Below, in pieces: positions 6,749-15,565 of a stretch of 30,992 nucleotides of DNA. The notes below the pieces were generated by a model that saw only the letters and a list, made by a program, of their open reading frames with translations, did not search any database and was not told the DNA's origin. The translations under genes were made by a program, and so were the position numbers. Positions within the stretch are counted from its first letter, which is position 1, and each line of letters starts with the position of its first letter. The stretch comes from a virus (taxonomy: Duplodnaviria; Caudoviricetes): IMG/VR virus record IMGVR_UViG_3300030372_000355, positions 1-30,992 of that record; one strand, 5' to 3'.

Positions 6749-8350
6749 ATGGCACAAGATCCAAAAGCAAAAATGGTATTAGAGAGATATAAAACTCTCA
6801 AAGCTCAAAGAGTTACCTGGGAAGATCATTGGCAAGAAATTGCAGATTATTTTTTACCTAGAAAAGCTAACATTACAGAAAAACATACTAAAGGCGATAA
6901 GCGACACGATCAAATATTCGATGGTACAGCCACTCATGCTTTAGAATTATTATCTTCATCTTTAAATGGTATGTTGACTAATACTGTTTCTCCATGGTTT
7001 ATTTTAAAATTTAGAAACCAAATGATGTTTGACAACGATGTTGCAAACGAATGGTTAGAAAGCTGCGCAAAAATTATGCAGCAAGTATTCTCAAGATCAA
7101 ACTTCCAACAAGAAATATTTGAATTGTACCATGAGCTGTTAGCATTTGGTACGTCTGCTATGTTTATTACAGACGATGTTAAAGATGATTTAAGATTTAA
7201 AACTTTACATATTTCAGAAATATTTATTACAGAAAATGAAAAAGGTTTAGTTGATAGTTTAACTAGAAAGTTTCAAATCAAAAATAAAAACATTCCAGCT
7301 TTATATGCGGATGCAAATCTACCAAGAGCAATCCAAACAGATATAGAAAAATTCCCTTTTGATGACACAACTATTATTCATTCTGTTTATCCAAATGATA
7401 AACCAATGGGTTATGACAATGCAAAAAATATGGATTATATTTCTTGTCATGTTCACGAAAAAACTGGAACTTTGTTAAGAGAAAGTGGATTTAAAGAATT
7501 TCCTTATGTTGTACCTAGATATTTAAAATCTTCATCTAACGAAGTATATGGAAGATCTCCAGCGATGAATGCGTTACCAGATACGAAGATGTTAAACACA
7601 ATGTCTAAAACAACTATCAAGGCAGCTCAAAAGCAAATTGATCCACCTTTAATGGTTCCTGATGATGGTTTTATTTTACCAATACGAACTGTACCTGGAG
7701 GATTAAATTTTTATAGATCTGGAACTAGAGAAAGAATTGAACCATTACAAATAGGTTCAAACAATCCTCTTGGTTTAAATATGGAAGATCAAAGAAGAAA
7801 AGCTATTAGAGAAAACTTTTTTGTAGATCAGTTAATGACAACTGGAAATCAAAACATGACAGCTACAGAAGTTTTACAAAGAACTGAAGAAAAAATGAGA
7901 TTACTTGGCCCCGTGTTAGGCAGATTACAATCTGAATTATTGCAGCCATTAATTACTAGATCATTTAATTTATTATTCAAAAATAATAAACTACCTCCAG
8001 TACCAGAAGAAATCGGAGATCAAGATGTAGAAATTGAATATGTATCTCCATTAGCAAAAGCACAAAAGAGCCAGGAGCTATCCTCAGTTATGAGAGGAAT
8101 AGAAATATTTGGTTCAATGCAAAATATTGCTCCCGTTTTTGATTACATAGATATTGATGGATTAGTTGGACACATCCAAGAAGTATTAGGATTGCCAGCT
8201 AAAATTATGAGATCAAAAGCTGAAGTACAACAAATGCAACAACAAAAACAACAAGCAGAAATGGAACAAATGCAATTACAACAAGCTCAACAAGTGGCGG
8301 AAAGTGCTGGAAAAGTAGCTCCAGCTTTAAAGGTATTAAATGAACAGTAA
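6749..8350 (+). CDS. Portal (head-to-tail connector), T7 gp8/Bbp21-like
   Basis: 533 aa with FDGTA..A...L, YGRSPAM.ALPD, MTATEV..R.EE...LGPVLGRL and IEYVSPLAKAQ motifs. Confidence 0.95.
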   Translation: MAQDPKAKMVLERYKTLKAQRVTWEDHWQEIADYFLPRKANITEKHTKGDKRHDQIFDGTATHALELLSSSLNGMLTNTVSPWFILKFRNQMMFDNDVANEWLESCAKIMQQVFSRSNFQQEIFELYHELLAFGTSAMFITDDVKDDLRFKTLHISEIFITENEKGLVDSLTRKFQIKNKNIPALYADANLPRAIQTDIEKFPFDDTTIIHSVYPNDKPMGYDNAKNMDYISCHVHEKTGTLLRESGFKEFPYVVPRYLKSSSNEVYGRSPAMNALPDTKMLNTMSKTTIKAAQKQIDPPLMVPDDGFILPIRTVPGGLNFYRSGTRERIEPLQIGSNNPLGLNMEDQRRKAIRENFFVDQLMTTGNQNMTATEVLQRTEEKMRLLGPVLGRLQSELLQPLITRSFNLLFKNNKLPPVPEEIGDQDVEIEYVSPLAKAQKSQELSSVMRGIEIFGSMQNIAPVFDYIDIDGLVGHIQEVLGLPAKIMRSKAEVQQMQQQKQQAEMEQMQLQQAQQVAESAGKVAPALKVLNEQ

Positions 8351-8561
8351 AGATCTTAAAGAAATAGAACTTGCTTATAAACAAACTTTTAGTTCTGAAG
8401 CTGGAGAAAAGGTTTTAGAAGATCTAAAAAAAAGATGTAGCTTTTATAATACTACGCACATTAAAGGCGATAGCCATGAAAGCGCATTTTTAGAAGGAAC
8501 AAGATTTGTAATCTTGTTTATTAATAATATGCTCAATAAAAAACCAACGGAGGATAAATGA
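8340..8561 (+). CDS. Bbp19-like small protein
   Basis: YKQTFSSEAGEKVLEDL...AFLEG.R.V pattern, located between portal and scaffold. Confidence 0.75.
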   Translation: MNSKDLKEIELAYKQTFSSEAGEKVLEDLKKRCSFYNTTHIKGDSHESAFLEGTRFVILFINNMLNKKPTEDK

Positions 8562-9403
8562 GTAGTGAAACAAACCAGGTAGCAGTTGAACCTACAAGTC
8601 AAGTGTCTGCGGAAACACCAACAAACGATACAACATTAACGGCAGAAACAGTAGCATCGGATTGGAAAGCCAGTTTATCAGAAGAAATAAGATCTGATAA
8701 ATCTTTAGAAAATATTAAAGATATAGAAGGTTTGGCAAAGTCTTATGTTCATGCACAAAAATTAGTAGGTGCAGATAAAATTCCAGTACCTAATAAATTT
8801 GCAACAGAAAAAGATTGGGATGCAGTTTACGAAAGACTTGGCAGACCCGATGATCCATCTGGATATAAATACGATTTACCAGAAGATCAAAATTTAGATA
8901 GCGAAGCTCTTAAAAGTTTTTCAGATCAAGCGCATAAACTTGGATTACTTCCTGGTCAAGCAAATGGTGTTGTTAAATTTTATAATGATGCAATGTCAAA
9001 AATACAACAAGATCAAGAAAGCGTAGCTGTAGCTGCAAGAGAAAACAGCACTAAAGAATTAAAACAAGAATGGGGCCAAGCATATCCACAGAAAATTAGC
9101 CAGGCTTCTAATCTTGCAAAAAGTGTAGGAGCTAGCGCATTGTTTGATACTAATTTAGCAGATGGAACTAAACTTGGAGATCATCCAGTTATGATAAAAG
9201 CATTTGCAGAGCTAGCAAGTAAAATGGGAGAAGATAGTATTACGCAATCTTCTGGGCCAATTTACCAAACACCAGCTCAATTAGAAAAAGAAATTGGACA
9301 ACTAACACAAGTTGGATCTGCTTATTGGGATAAAAACCATCCTAATCATAAATCAGCAGTTGAAGAAGTTTTAGCTTTACGAGAAAAAAAAAATCAAGTA
9401 TAG
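8558..9403 (+). CDS. Capsid scaffolding/assembly protein
   Basis: Acidic and helical, with LAKSY...LGRP...LKQEWG motifs. Immediately upstream of the major capsid gene. Confidence 0.85.
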   Translation: MSSETNQVAVEPTSQVSAETPTNDTTLTAETVASDWKASLSEEIRSDKSLENIKDIEGLAKSYVHAQKLVGADKIPVPNKFATEKDWDAVYERLGRPDDPSGYKYDLPEDQNLDSEALKSFSDQAHKLGLLPGQANGVVKFYNDAMSKIQQDQESVAVAARENSTKELKQEWGQAYPQKISQASNLAKSVGASALFDTNLADGTKLGDHPVMIKAFAELASKMGEDSITQSSGPIYQTPAQLEKEIGQLTQVGSAYWDKNHPNHKSAVEEVLALREKKNQV

Positions 9404-9412
9404 CTGAAAATA

Positions 9413-9500
9413 TCGGGATAATCGATAGACCCCGAAAGACTTTAGGAAAGACTAACATCTAAAAGATGTAAAAGCCAGGTTTCGACCCGCAAGGATAATC
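9413..9500 (+). ncRNA. Structured cis-RNA leader of the major capsid gene
   Basis: Hairpins TCGGG-ATAA-TC(GATA)GA-C-CCCGA (9413-9435), TTAG(GAAAGA)CTAA, ACATCT(AAA)AGATGT and GA-C-CC(GCAA)GG-ATAA-TC (9484-9500). Confidence 0.55.
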
Positions 9501-9543
9501 AGCCGTTTAACTTAAACATAAACATAACCAAGAGGAGAATAGT

Positions 9544-10419
9544 ATGTCTATTCAAATTACTACTTCTTTTGTTGAACAGTATAGTTCTAACGTATCTATG
9601 CTTTCTCAACAAATGGGAAGTAAACTTAGAGGTTCTGTTGATGTGGAAAATATTAATGGCAAAAATGCCTTTTTCGATCAAGTAGGCGTTACTGCTGCTC
9701 AATTAAGAACGAGCAGACATGGCGATACTCCACAGATCGATACTCCGCACAGCAGAAGAAGATTGAGCTTGGCAGATTACGAGTGGGCTGATTTAGTTGA
9801 CGATGTTGACAAAGTTAGAATGCTTGTGGATCCAACAAGTTCATACGCTAAAGCAGCGGCAGCAGCGATGAATAGAGCAATGGATGATGTTATTATTACA
9901 GCATTCAACGCATCTGCATCAACTGGTGTAGCTGGTGGTTCATCTACAGCTTTACCTTCAACGCAAAAAACTGCAACTTCAGATCAATCAGATGGTTTGA
10001 CTATTGCTAAACTTTTGTCTGCGAAGAAAATCATGGATGATAACGATGTTGATCCTTCTATAAAGAGATACATTGTTTGCGGGCCACAACAAATATCAGA
10101 TCTATTAGGTACAACTTCAGTTACAAGTGCTGACTTTAATACAGTTAGAGCTTTATCAACTGGAGAAGTTAATTCATTCCTAGGATTTGAGTTTATAATG
10201 TCAACAAGACTGAACAAGGATGCAACTAATACTACTGACAGATTAGTTTTTGCTTATACTGAAGATGCTATTAAATTAGGTATCGGTAAGGATATTTCTG
10301 CAAAAATTTCTGAAAGAGCTGATAAGAGTTACAGTACGCAAGTTTACTACTGTATGTCTTTAGGCGCTGTCAGAATGGAAGAAAAGAAAGTTGTTCAAAT
10401 TCCTTGTCACGAAGCATAA
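9544..10419 (+). CDS. Major capsid protein
   Basis: SD AGAGGAG. 291 aa (FVEQYSSNV.MLSQQMGSKLR...RHGDTP...RRR...D.VRML.DP.S.Y...). Follows the scaffold gene. Confidence 0.92.
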   Translation: MSIQITTSFVEQYSSNVSMLSQQMGSKLRGSVDVENINGKNAFFDQVGVTAAQLRTSRHGDTPQIDTPHSRRRLSLADYEWADLVDDVDKVRMLVDPTSSYAKAAAAAMNRAMDDVIITAFNASASTGVAGGSSTALPSTQKTATSDQSDGLTIAKLLSAKKIMDDNDVDPSIKRYIVCGPQQISDLLGTTSVTSADFNTVRALSTGEVNSFLGFEFIMSTRLNKDATNTTDRLVFAYTEDAIKLGIGKDISAKISERADKSYSTQVYYCMSLGAVRMEEKKVVQIPCHEA

Positions 10420-10434
10420 TAGGAGGATAGAAAT

Positions 10435-10914
10435 ATGGGAACTAAAAATACTGACTTAGTAGCAAATTTCGAAGCGTCTCCTTCAGTTGCTAACAACTCT
10501 GCTGAATTACATGGTGTTCTAAGAACAGCTCATGGAACAGTAGAATTAGCATCTGGCGATAGTGACGATGACGATATTGTTATGTTAGCACCAATTCCAT
10601 CAAATGCTGCTGTACCAAGTTTATTCATTGGTTCAGACACTTTTGGCGGATCGTGTACTTTCAATGTAGGAATATACACTTCAGCTGGAGTAGTTAAAGA
10701 CGAAGATGTATTTGCAACTGCGGTAGCTGATGCTGCTGCAATGGCAGATGTTCGTTTTGAAGCTGCTGATATTGATACAGCTGGTAAAAAGATGTGGGAA
10801 TTAGCTGGAGACAGCTCTGATCCAGGAGGATACTACTACATAGCGGCTACTATGGCTGCTGCGGGTGGTACTGCTGGTACTATGTCTTGGAACATTTCAT
10901 ACGTTGTAAATTAA
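10435..10914 (+). CDS. Putative capsid decoration/cement protein
   Basis: Strong SD AGGAGG. Acidic, Ala/Gly-rich beta protein directly after the MCP, at the Bbp16-like position. Confidence 0.6.
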   Translation: MGTKNTDLVANFEASPSVANNSAELHGVLRTAHGTVELASGDSDDDDIVMLAPIPSNAAVPSLFIGSDTFGGSCTFNVGIYTSAGVVKDEDVFATAVADAAAMADVRFEAADIDTAGKKMWELAGDSSDPGGYYYIAATMAAAGGTAGTMSWNISYVVN

Positions 10915-10925
10915 TACAATAAAAA

Positions 10926-10963
10926 TTTTAGGCGGGGAAAGCGAGAGTGGAACCCGCCTAGGA
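10926..10963 (+). other. GC-rich stem-loop with purine internal loop (processing, attenuation or terminator-like element)
   Basis: TTTTAGGCGGG pairs with CCCGCCTAGGA, with a GAAA/GGAA internal loop and a GC(GAGA)GT cap. Confidence 0.65.
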
Positions 10964-10967
10964 TGCA

Positions 10968-11171
10968 ATGACAAAAAAAATCGATAAACCAAAACTGGTA
11001 TTACACTTTAAGAGTGGCAATCATATTTATAGATATGTTTTAGTTGATCGATTTAAACATGATAGCAAAAACCATTATGGTTTTGATACTAAACAAGAAT
11101 TAACTGAAGCTGAAATATTTGCTTTGGTTACACCAAGAAAGTTAAGACGTAAATATATAAGGAAGGAATAA
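10968..11171 (+). CDS. Small basic hypothetical protein
   Basis: 67-aa ORF whose AGGA SD lies inside the upstream stem. Confidence 0.7.
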   Translation: MTKKIDKPKLVLHFKSGNHIYRYVLVDRFKHDSKNHYGFDTKQELTEAEIFALVTPRKLRRKYIRKE

Positions 11172-11172
11172 C

Positions 11173-11319
11173 ATGGCTAAAACTGGATTATACGCAAACA
11201 TTCATAAAAAAAGAGCTAGAATTAAAGCTGGCAGTAATGAAAAAATGAGAAAGCCTGGAAGTAAAGGCGCACCAACAGCAGCAAACTTTAAACGAGCTGC
11301 TAAAACAGCAAAGGCATAA
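11173..11319 (+). CDS. 48-aa highly basic marine-phage peptide (not in ORF track)
   Basis: SD AAGGA and translation MAKTGLYANIHKKRARIKAGSNEKMRKPGSKGAPTAANFKRAAKTAKA. It fills the gap before tail tube A exactly and resembles the GLYANIH peptide I recall from marine podoviruses. Confidence 0.85.
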   Translation: MAKTGLYANIHKKRARIKAGSNEKMRKPGSKGAPTAANFKRAAKTAKA

Positions 11320-11322
11320 TAA

Positions 11323-11904
11323 ATGGCATCCGTAATTCAAATTTGTAACTCAGCATTAAATCAACTAGGAGCTAGTTCTATAACAGCTCTTACTGAAAAT
11401 TCTAAAAATGCAAGATTATGCAACGAAAGATATGAAACAGTAAGAGATGCAGTATTTAGATCTCATCCATGGAATTGCTTAATTAAAAGAGTTCAATTAG
11501 CGCAAGATACAGATACTCCAGCCTGGGGTTTTACATATCAATATACATTACCTTCAGATTGTTTGCGTGTATTACAAATCAAAGATTACGATGCAGATTA
11601 TAAAATTGAAGGAAGAAAATTATTAATAAATGAAGCTGATGTTTATTTAATTTACCTAGCACAAATAACAGATGTTAATCAATTAGATGTGTTGTTAAGA
11701 GAAACAATATCAGCTCATTTAGCACAAGATATTTCTTATGCCATAACTTCAAACTTACAAGTTACAAAGTTAATGACAGATAAATACCAAGCAAAATTAT
11801 CAGAAGCAAAACATACAGACGCTAGCGAAGGATATAATACAGATCCGACACTAGGAAACACAGACCAAGTAATAACAGACGATTTCATAAACAGTAGATA
11901 CTAA
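11323..11904 (+). CDS. Tail tubular protein A (T7 gp11-like adaptor)
   Basis: ICNSALNQLG...HPWNC...YTLPSDCLRV motifs and position. Confidence 0.88.
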   Translation: MASVIQICNSALNQLGASSITALTENSKNARLCNERYETVRDAVFRSHPWNCLIKRVQLAQDTDTPAWGFTYQYTLPSDCLRVLQIKDYDADYKIEGRKLLINEADVYLIYLAQITDVNQLDVLLRETISAHLAQDISYAITSNLQVTKLMTDKYQAKLSEAKHTDASEGYNTDPTLGNTDQVITDDFINSRY

Positions 11905-11906
11905 TT

Positions 11907-14675
11907 ATGCCTAAACAACTTTTAAGCATACCTAGCTTTACGGCTGGGGAGCTTTCATCCTCTATGGAGGGTAGAACAGACTTTGCCAAATATTTTAATG
12001 GCGCAACAAATATAGAAAACTTTGTTGTATTACCCCACGGGCCAGTAACTAGACGGCCAGGATCTTATTTTGTATCTGAAATAAAAACATCTGCAAATAG
12101 CACAAGATTAATACCATTTACTTTCTCAACTGAACAAACTTACATTTTAGAATTGGGCAACAATTATATCAGATTTTTTAAAGATAGTGGTCAAATAGTT
12201 GAAAGTAATAAAACTATAACAGCAATAACTAAAGCTAATCCAGGTGTAGTTACATCTAGTTCACATGGTTATTCTAACGGAGATTTTATAAATATTTCTA
12301 GTGTTGTAGGAATGACAGAAGTAAATAATAAAACTTTTAAAGTTGCCAACAAAACTACAAATACATTTGAGTTACAAGACGTTGATGGTAACAATGTTAA
12401 TTCATCTGGTTACACTACTTATTCATCTGCTGGAATAGCAAATAGAATTTATCAAATCACAACTGAATACACTACTGCACAACTGTTTGATTTAAAATTT
12501 GCGCAATCTGCTGACGTGATGTATATCTGCCATCCCGATCACGAACCGATGAAACTATCCAGAACTGGACATACATCCTGGTCGCTTACAGAAGTAGATT
12601 TTGGAACTAACGGGCCATACATGGATACTAACACAACGGCAACCACTTTAACGCCAGCATCCGCTGGTACGGGAACGGGTGTAGATATAACTGCCAGCTC
12701 AACTACTGGAATAAATAACGGGGATGGTTTTCAAACAACAGACGTTGGCAGAATAATAAAATTTAATGGTGGCGAAGCAAAGATAACGGGTAGAACAAAT
12801 ACAACAGTTGTAGTCTGCACAATTACCGATGCTTTTGCTAACACCGATGCCACAGCAACTTTTCAATTAGGATCATTTTCTGACACTACTGGTTTTCCAT
12901 CTTCAGTTTCTTTTTTTGAACAGCGTTTAGTATTTGCAGCAACTAACGATCAACCACAAACTATATTTTTTTCAAAATCTGGAGACTATGAAAATATGTC
13001 TGCTGGAACTAATGATGATGATGCTATGATTTATACAATCGCATCAAATCAAGTTAATGCAATTAAAGCAATGAAAGCTACAAGAACTTTAATTGTAATG
13101 ACAACGGGTGGAGAATATTCCGTGTCATCTGGAAACGCATCTGCAATTACTCCTACAAATATTTCTATTGTTAAACAATCTAACTATGGTTCAGCGGGTG
13201 TTGATGCTTTATCTATTGGTAACGCCACTATCTTTTTACAAAGAGCTAAAAGAAAAATTAGAGAGCTTGCTTATAATTTTGATACTGATGGTTATGTTGC
13301 ACCAGACTTAACTATACTTGCAAATCATATTACCGAAACTGGCGTAGTTCAAATGGATTACCAACAAGAACCACATTCTGTAGTATGGGCTGCAAGAACA
13401 GACGGAGTGTTATCTGGTTTAACTTACAATAGATTAGAAAATGTCGTAGCCTGGCACAGACATATATTAGGTGGAAAATCAGACACAACTAAAAATATTA
13501 TTCAACAAAAAATTTCTTTTACTTCCAATGCTTCAAATGTTTCAACAACAAATAACACAATCACAATTTCATCACATGGTTTATCTACTGGCGATCCAGT
13601 TTATTATTATGCTGCGTCTAATGTTATTGGTGGATTAAACATTTCTTCACTTTATTACGTTATTGCAGCAGACAGTAATACGATTAAACTTGCAACGACA
13701 GCAACCAACGCTACAGCTGGTACGGCTATCAATTTAACATCGGCTCCTGGATCCGATACAACTCAATTTATTTATCAAGGTGTAAATATTTCTTCTAATT
13801 TTATTTATTCTGTATCTCATGGATTTAAAACTGGAGATATATTTTATTACGATAACACGGGTACAGCGATTGGCGGTTTATCGGAAAATACAAAATATTA
13901 TATTGAAAAAATTGATAACAATCAATTTAAACTGTATTCAGATAAAACTTTATCTACAGTTGTTAGTTTAACTTCAGCTCATACTTCAGAACAAACGGAT
14001 AATATTTTAACTCATGCTAAAGTAGAAAGTGTTGCTGTAATTGATGGCGATACCGATGAAGATCAAGTTTGGGTTATTGTTCAAAGATGGATAAACGGAG
14101 CTGTAAGACGTTATGTAGAATATTTTACACCATTTGATTTTTCAGAAGATGTAACAGCATTTCATTACCTGGATAGTGGATTAAGTTATGTTGGCGATGA
14201 AACATCTACATTATCTGGTTTAGATCATTTAGTTGGAGAAGTTGTAGATGTTATTGGCGAAGGTTCAACTCAAACTTCAAAAACTGTATCTGCTTCTGGC
14301 GGAATAACTTTAGACAATGCAACTGAACAAGCTAAAGTTGGTTTACTTTATACTTCTGATTTACAAACAATGAGATTAGATGAGGGTTATACAGAGACTA
14401 CTCAAACTAAAACAAAAAGAATTTACGATTTATCAATTAGATTTCAAGATACAGTAGGAGCTAGTGTGGGGCCAAATGCAGCTAATTTAACTGCTATTGA
14501 TTTTAGAGCTAGTGGATCTCCAATGAACTTGCCTATTCCATTATTTACTGGAGATAAAACAATAGAGTTTGATACGGGTTATGGAACTGAAGGATTAGTT
14601 TATGTTCAACAACCCCAAGCTCTACCAATGACGATCCTAGGTATCTATCCTAGATTGGAGACAGAAAGTGTCTAA
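11907..14675 (+). CDS. Tail tubular protein B (T7 gp12-like nozzle) with inserted domains
   Basis: SFTAGELS...RRPG, AQSADVMYICHP, FFEQRLVFA, AWHRH and LDSGL motifs. Carries FCCH-like and repeated HG-x-x-TGD insertions. Confidence 0.9.
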   Translation: MPKQLLSIPSFTAGELSSSMEGRTDFAKYFNGATNIENFVVLPHGPVTRRPGSYFVSEIKTSANSTRLIPFTFSTEQTYILELGNNYIRFFKDSGQIVESNKTITAITKANPGVVTSSSHGYSNGDFINISSVVGMTEVNNKTFKVANKTTNTFELQDVDGNNVNSSGYTTYSSAGIANRIYQITTEYTTAQLFDLKFAQSADVMYICHPDHEPMKLSRTGHTSWSLTEVDFGTNGPYMDTNTTATTLTPASAGTGTGVDITASSTTGINNGDGFQTTDVGRIIKFNGGEAKITGRTNTTVVVCTITDAFANTDATATFQLGSFSDTTGFPSSVSFFEQRLVFAATNDQPQTIFFSKSGDYENMSAGTNDDDAMIYTIASNQVNAIKAMKATRTLIVMTTGGEYSVSSGNASAITPTNISIVKQSNYGSAGVDALSIGNATIFLQRAKRKIRELAYNFDTDGYVAPDLTILANHITETGVVQMDYQQEPHSVVWAARTDGVLSGLTYNRLENVVAWHRHILGGKSDTTKNIIQQKISFTSNASNVSTTNNTITISSHGLSTGDPVYYYAASNVIGGLNISSLYYVIAADSNTIKLATTATNATAGTAINLTSAPGSDTTQFIYQGVNISSNFIYSVSHGFKTGDIFYYDNTGTAIGGLSENTKYYIEKIDNNQFKLYSDKTLSTVVSLTSAHTSEQTDNILTHAKVESVAVIDGDTDEDQVWVIVQRWINGAVRRYVEYFTPFDFSEDVTAFHYLDSGLSYVGDETSTLSGLDHLVGEVVDVIGEGSTQTSKTVSASGGITLDNATEQAKVGLLYTSDLQTMRLDEGYTETTQTKTKRIYDLSIRFQDTVGASVGPNAANLTAIDFRASGSPMNLPIPLFTGDKTIEFDTGYGTEGLVYVQQPQALPMTILGIYPRLETESV

Positions 14676-15120
14676 GATAGATTTTGTACCATTTGAAAAC
14701 AAACACGCAGAATTTATTTTAGAACAAGGATTAAATTCTGAATTGTTAGAGTTAAGACCCGAACACAGAAAATACGCTTATTATCTTAAAGAAATTGGAA
14801 TGTCGTTTACTGGGATGTTGAACAACAAACCCATAGCGGCTGGAGGAGTGTTTCCACTCTGGGATGGCGTAGCCGAAGGGTGGGTCTTGGCTACAAAACA
14901 AATAAATAACTTTCCAATAACATTTTCAAAAGTTATTAAATTAAGGTGCGATATGCTTTTAAAAAATAATAATTTTAAAAGATTTCAAACAAGTGTCAAA
15001 GCTGATTGTGATGTTGCTATCCGATTTGCAAAATTTTTAGGTTTAGAGGAAGAAGGATTAATGAAGAACTACGGGCCAGATGGTGCTGACTTTTACAGAT
15101 TTGCGAGGATTTTAAAATGA
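14668..15120 (+). CDS. GNAT acetyltransferase-like protein (T7 gp13 position)
   Basis: PIAAGGV..LW.GVAEGW...AIRFAKFLGL.EEG.M..YG pattern. Confidence 0.75.
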   Translation: MSKIDFVPFENKHAEFILEQGLNSELLELRPEHRKYAYYLKEIGMSFTGMLNNKPIAAGGVFPLWDGVAEGWVLATKQINNFPITFSKVIKLRCDMLLKNNNFKRFQTSVKADCDVAIRFAKFLGLEEEGLMKNYGPDGADFYRFARILK

Positions 15121-15563
15121 GTTTTTTTGGAGATATATTTGCGGGTAAAGCTGAACAAAGAGCAGCTGAATACAATGCAAAGATTATAGAAAATAATAAA
15201 AAAATTAAAGAGCAAGAAGCTAAACAGATTATGTCTGTTCACAACGAATATAACTTGCCAAGATTTGATAAAACAGTTGAACAGATACAAGGTGCAACCA
15301 CAACAAGTTATGCCAGTAGTGGTGTCGAATTATCGGGTACAGTTGCAGAAGCTCTTTATGCACAAGAATTAGAATTACAAACAGACAGAGACATTATGCA
15401 ATTCAATGCAGAGAACGCTAGAGACACAGCAGAGAATGAAGCGATTATGATGCAAGCTGAAGCAGATCTACAAAGATACAGAGGTAAGGTTGCTAAAAAA
15501 GCTAGTTACTTTGCAGCGGGTCAAAGTTTATTAAATACGGGATCAATGTTTTATGGAGCTTAA
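15117..15563 (+). CDS. Internal virion (ejection) protein, gp14-like
   Basis: Ala/Gln-rich helical protein with an ASSGV..SG motif, positioned after the gp13-like gene. Confidence 0.7.
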   Translation: MSFFGDIFAGKAEQRAAEYNAKIIENNKKIKEQEAKQIMSVHNEYNLPRFDKTVEQIQGATTTSYASSGVELSGTVAEALYAQELELQTDRDIMQFNAENARDTAENEAIMMQAEADLQRYRGKVAKKASYFAAGQSLLNTGSMFYGA

Positions 15564-15565
15564 TT

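Noticed and set aside
9384-9393. A10 run at the end of the scaffold gene as a programmed frameshift into the capsid gene
   Set aside because: A-runs are common in this AT-rich genome, and the MCP has its own strong SD 140 bp downstream.
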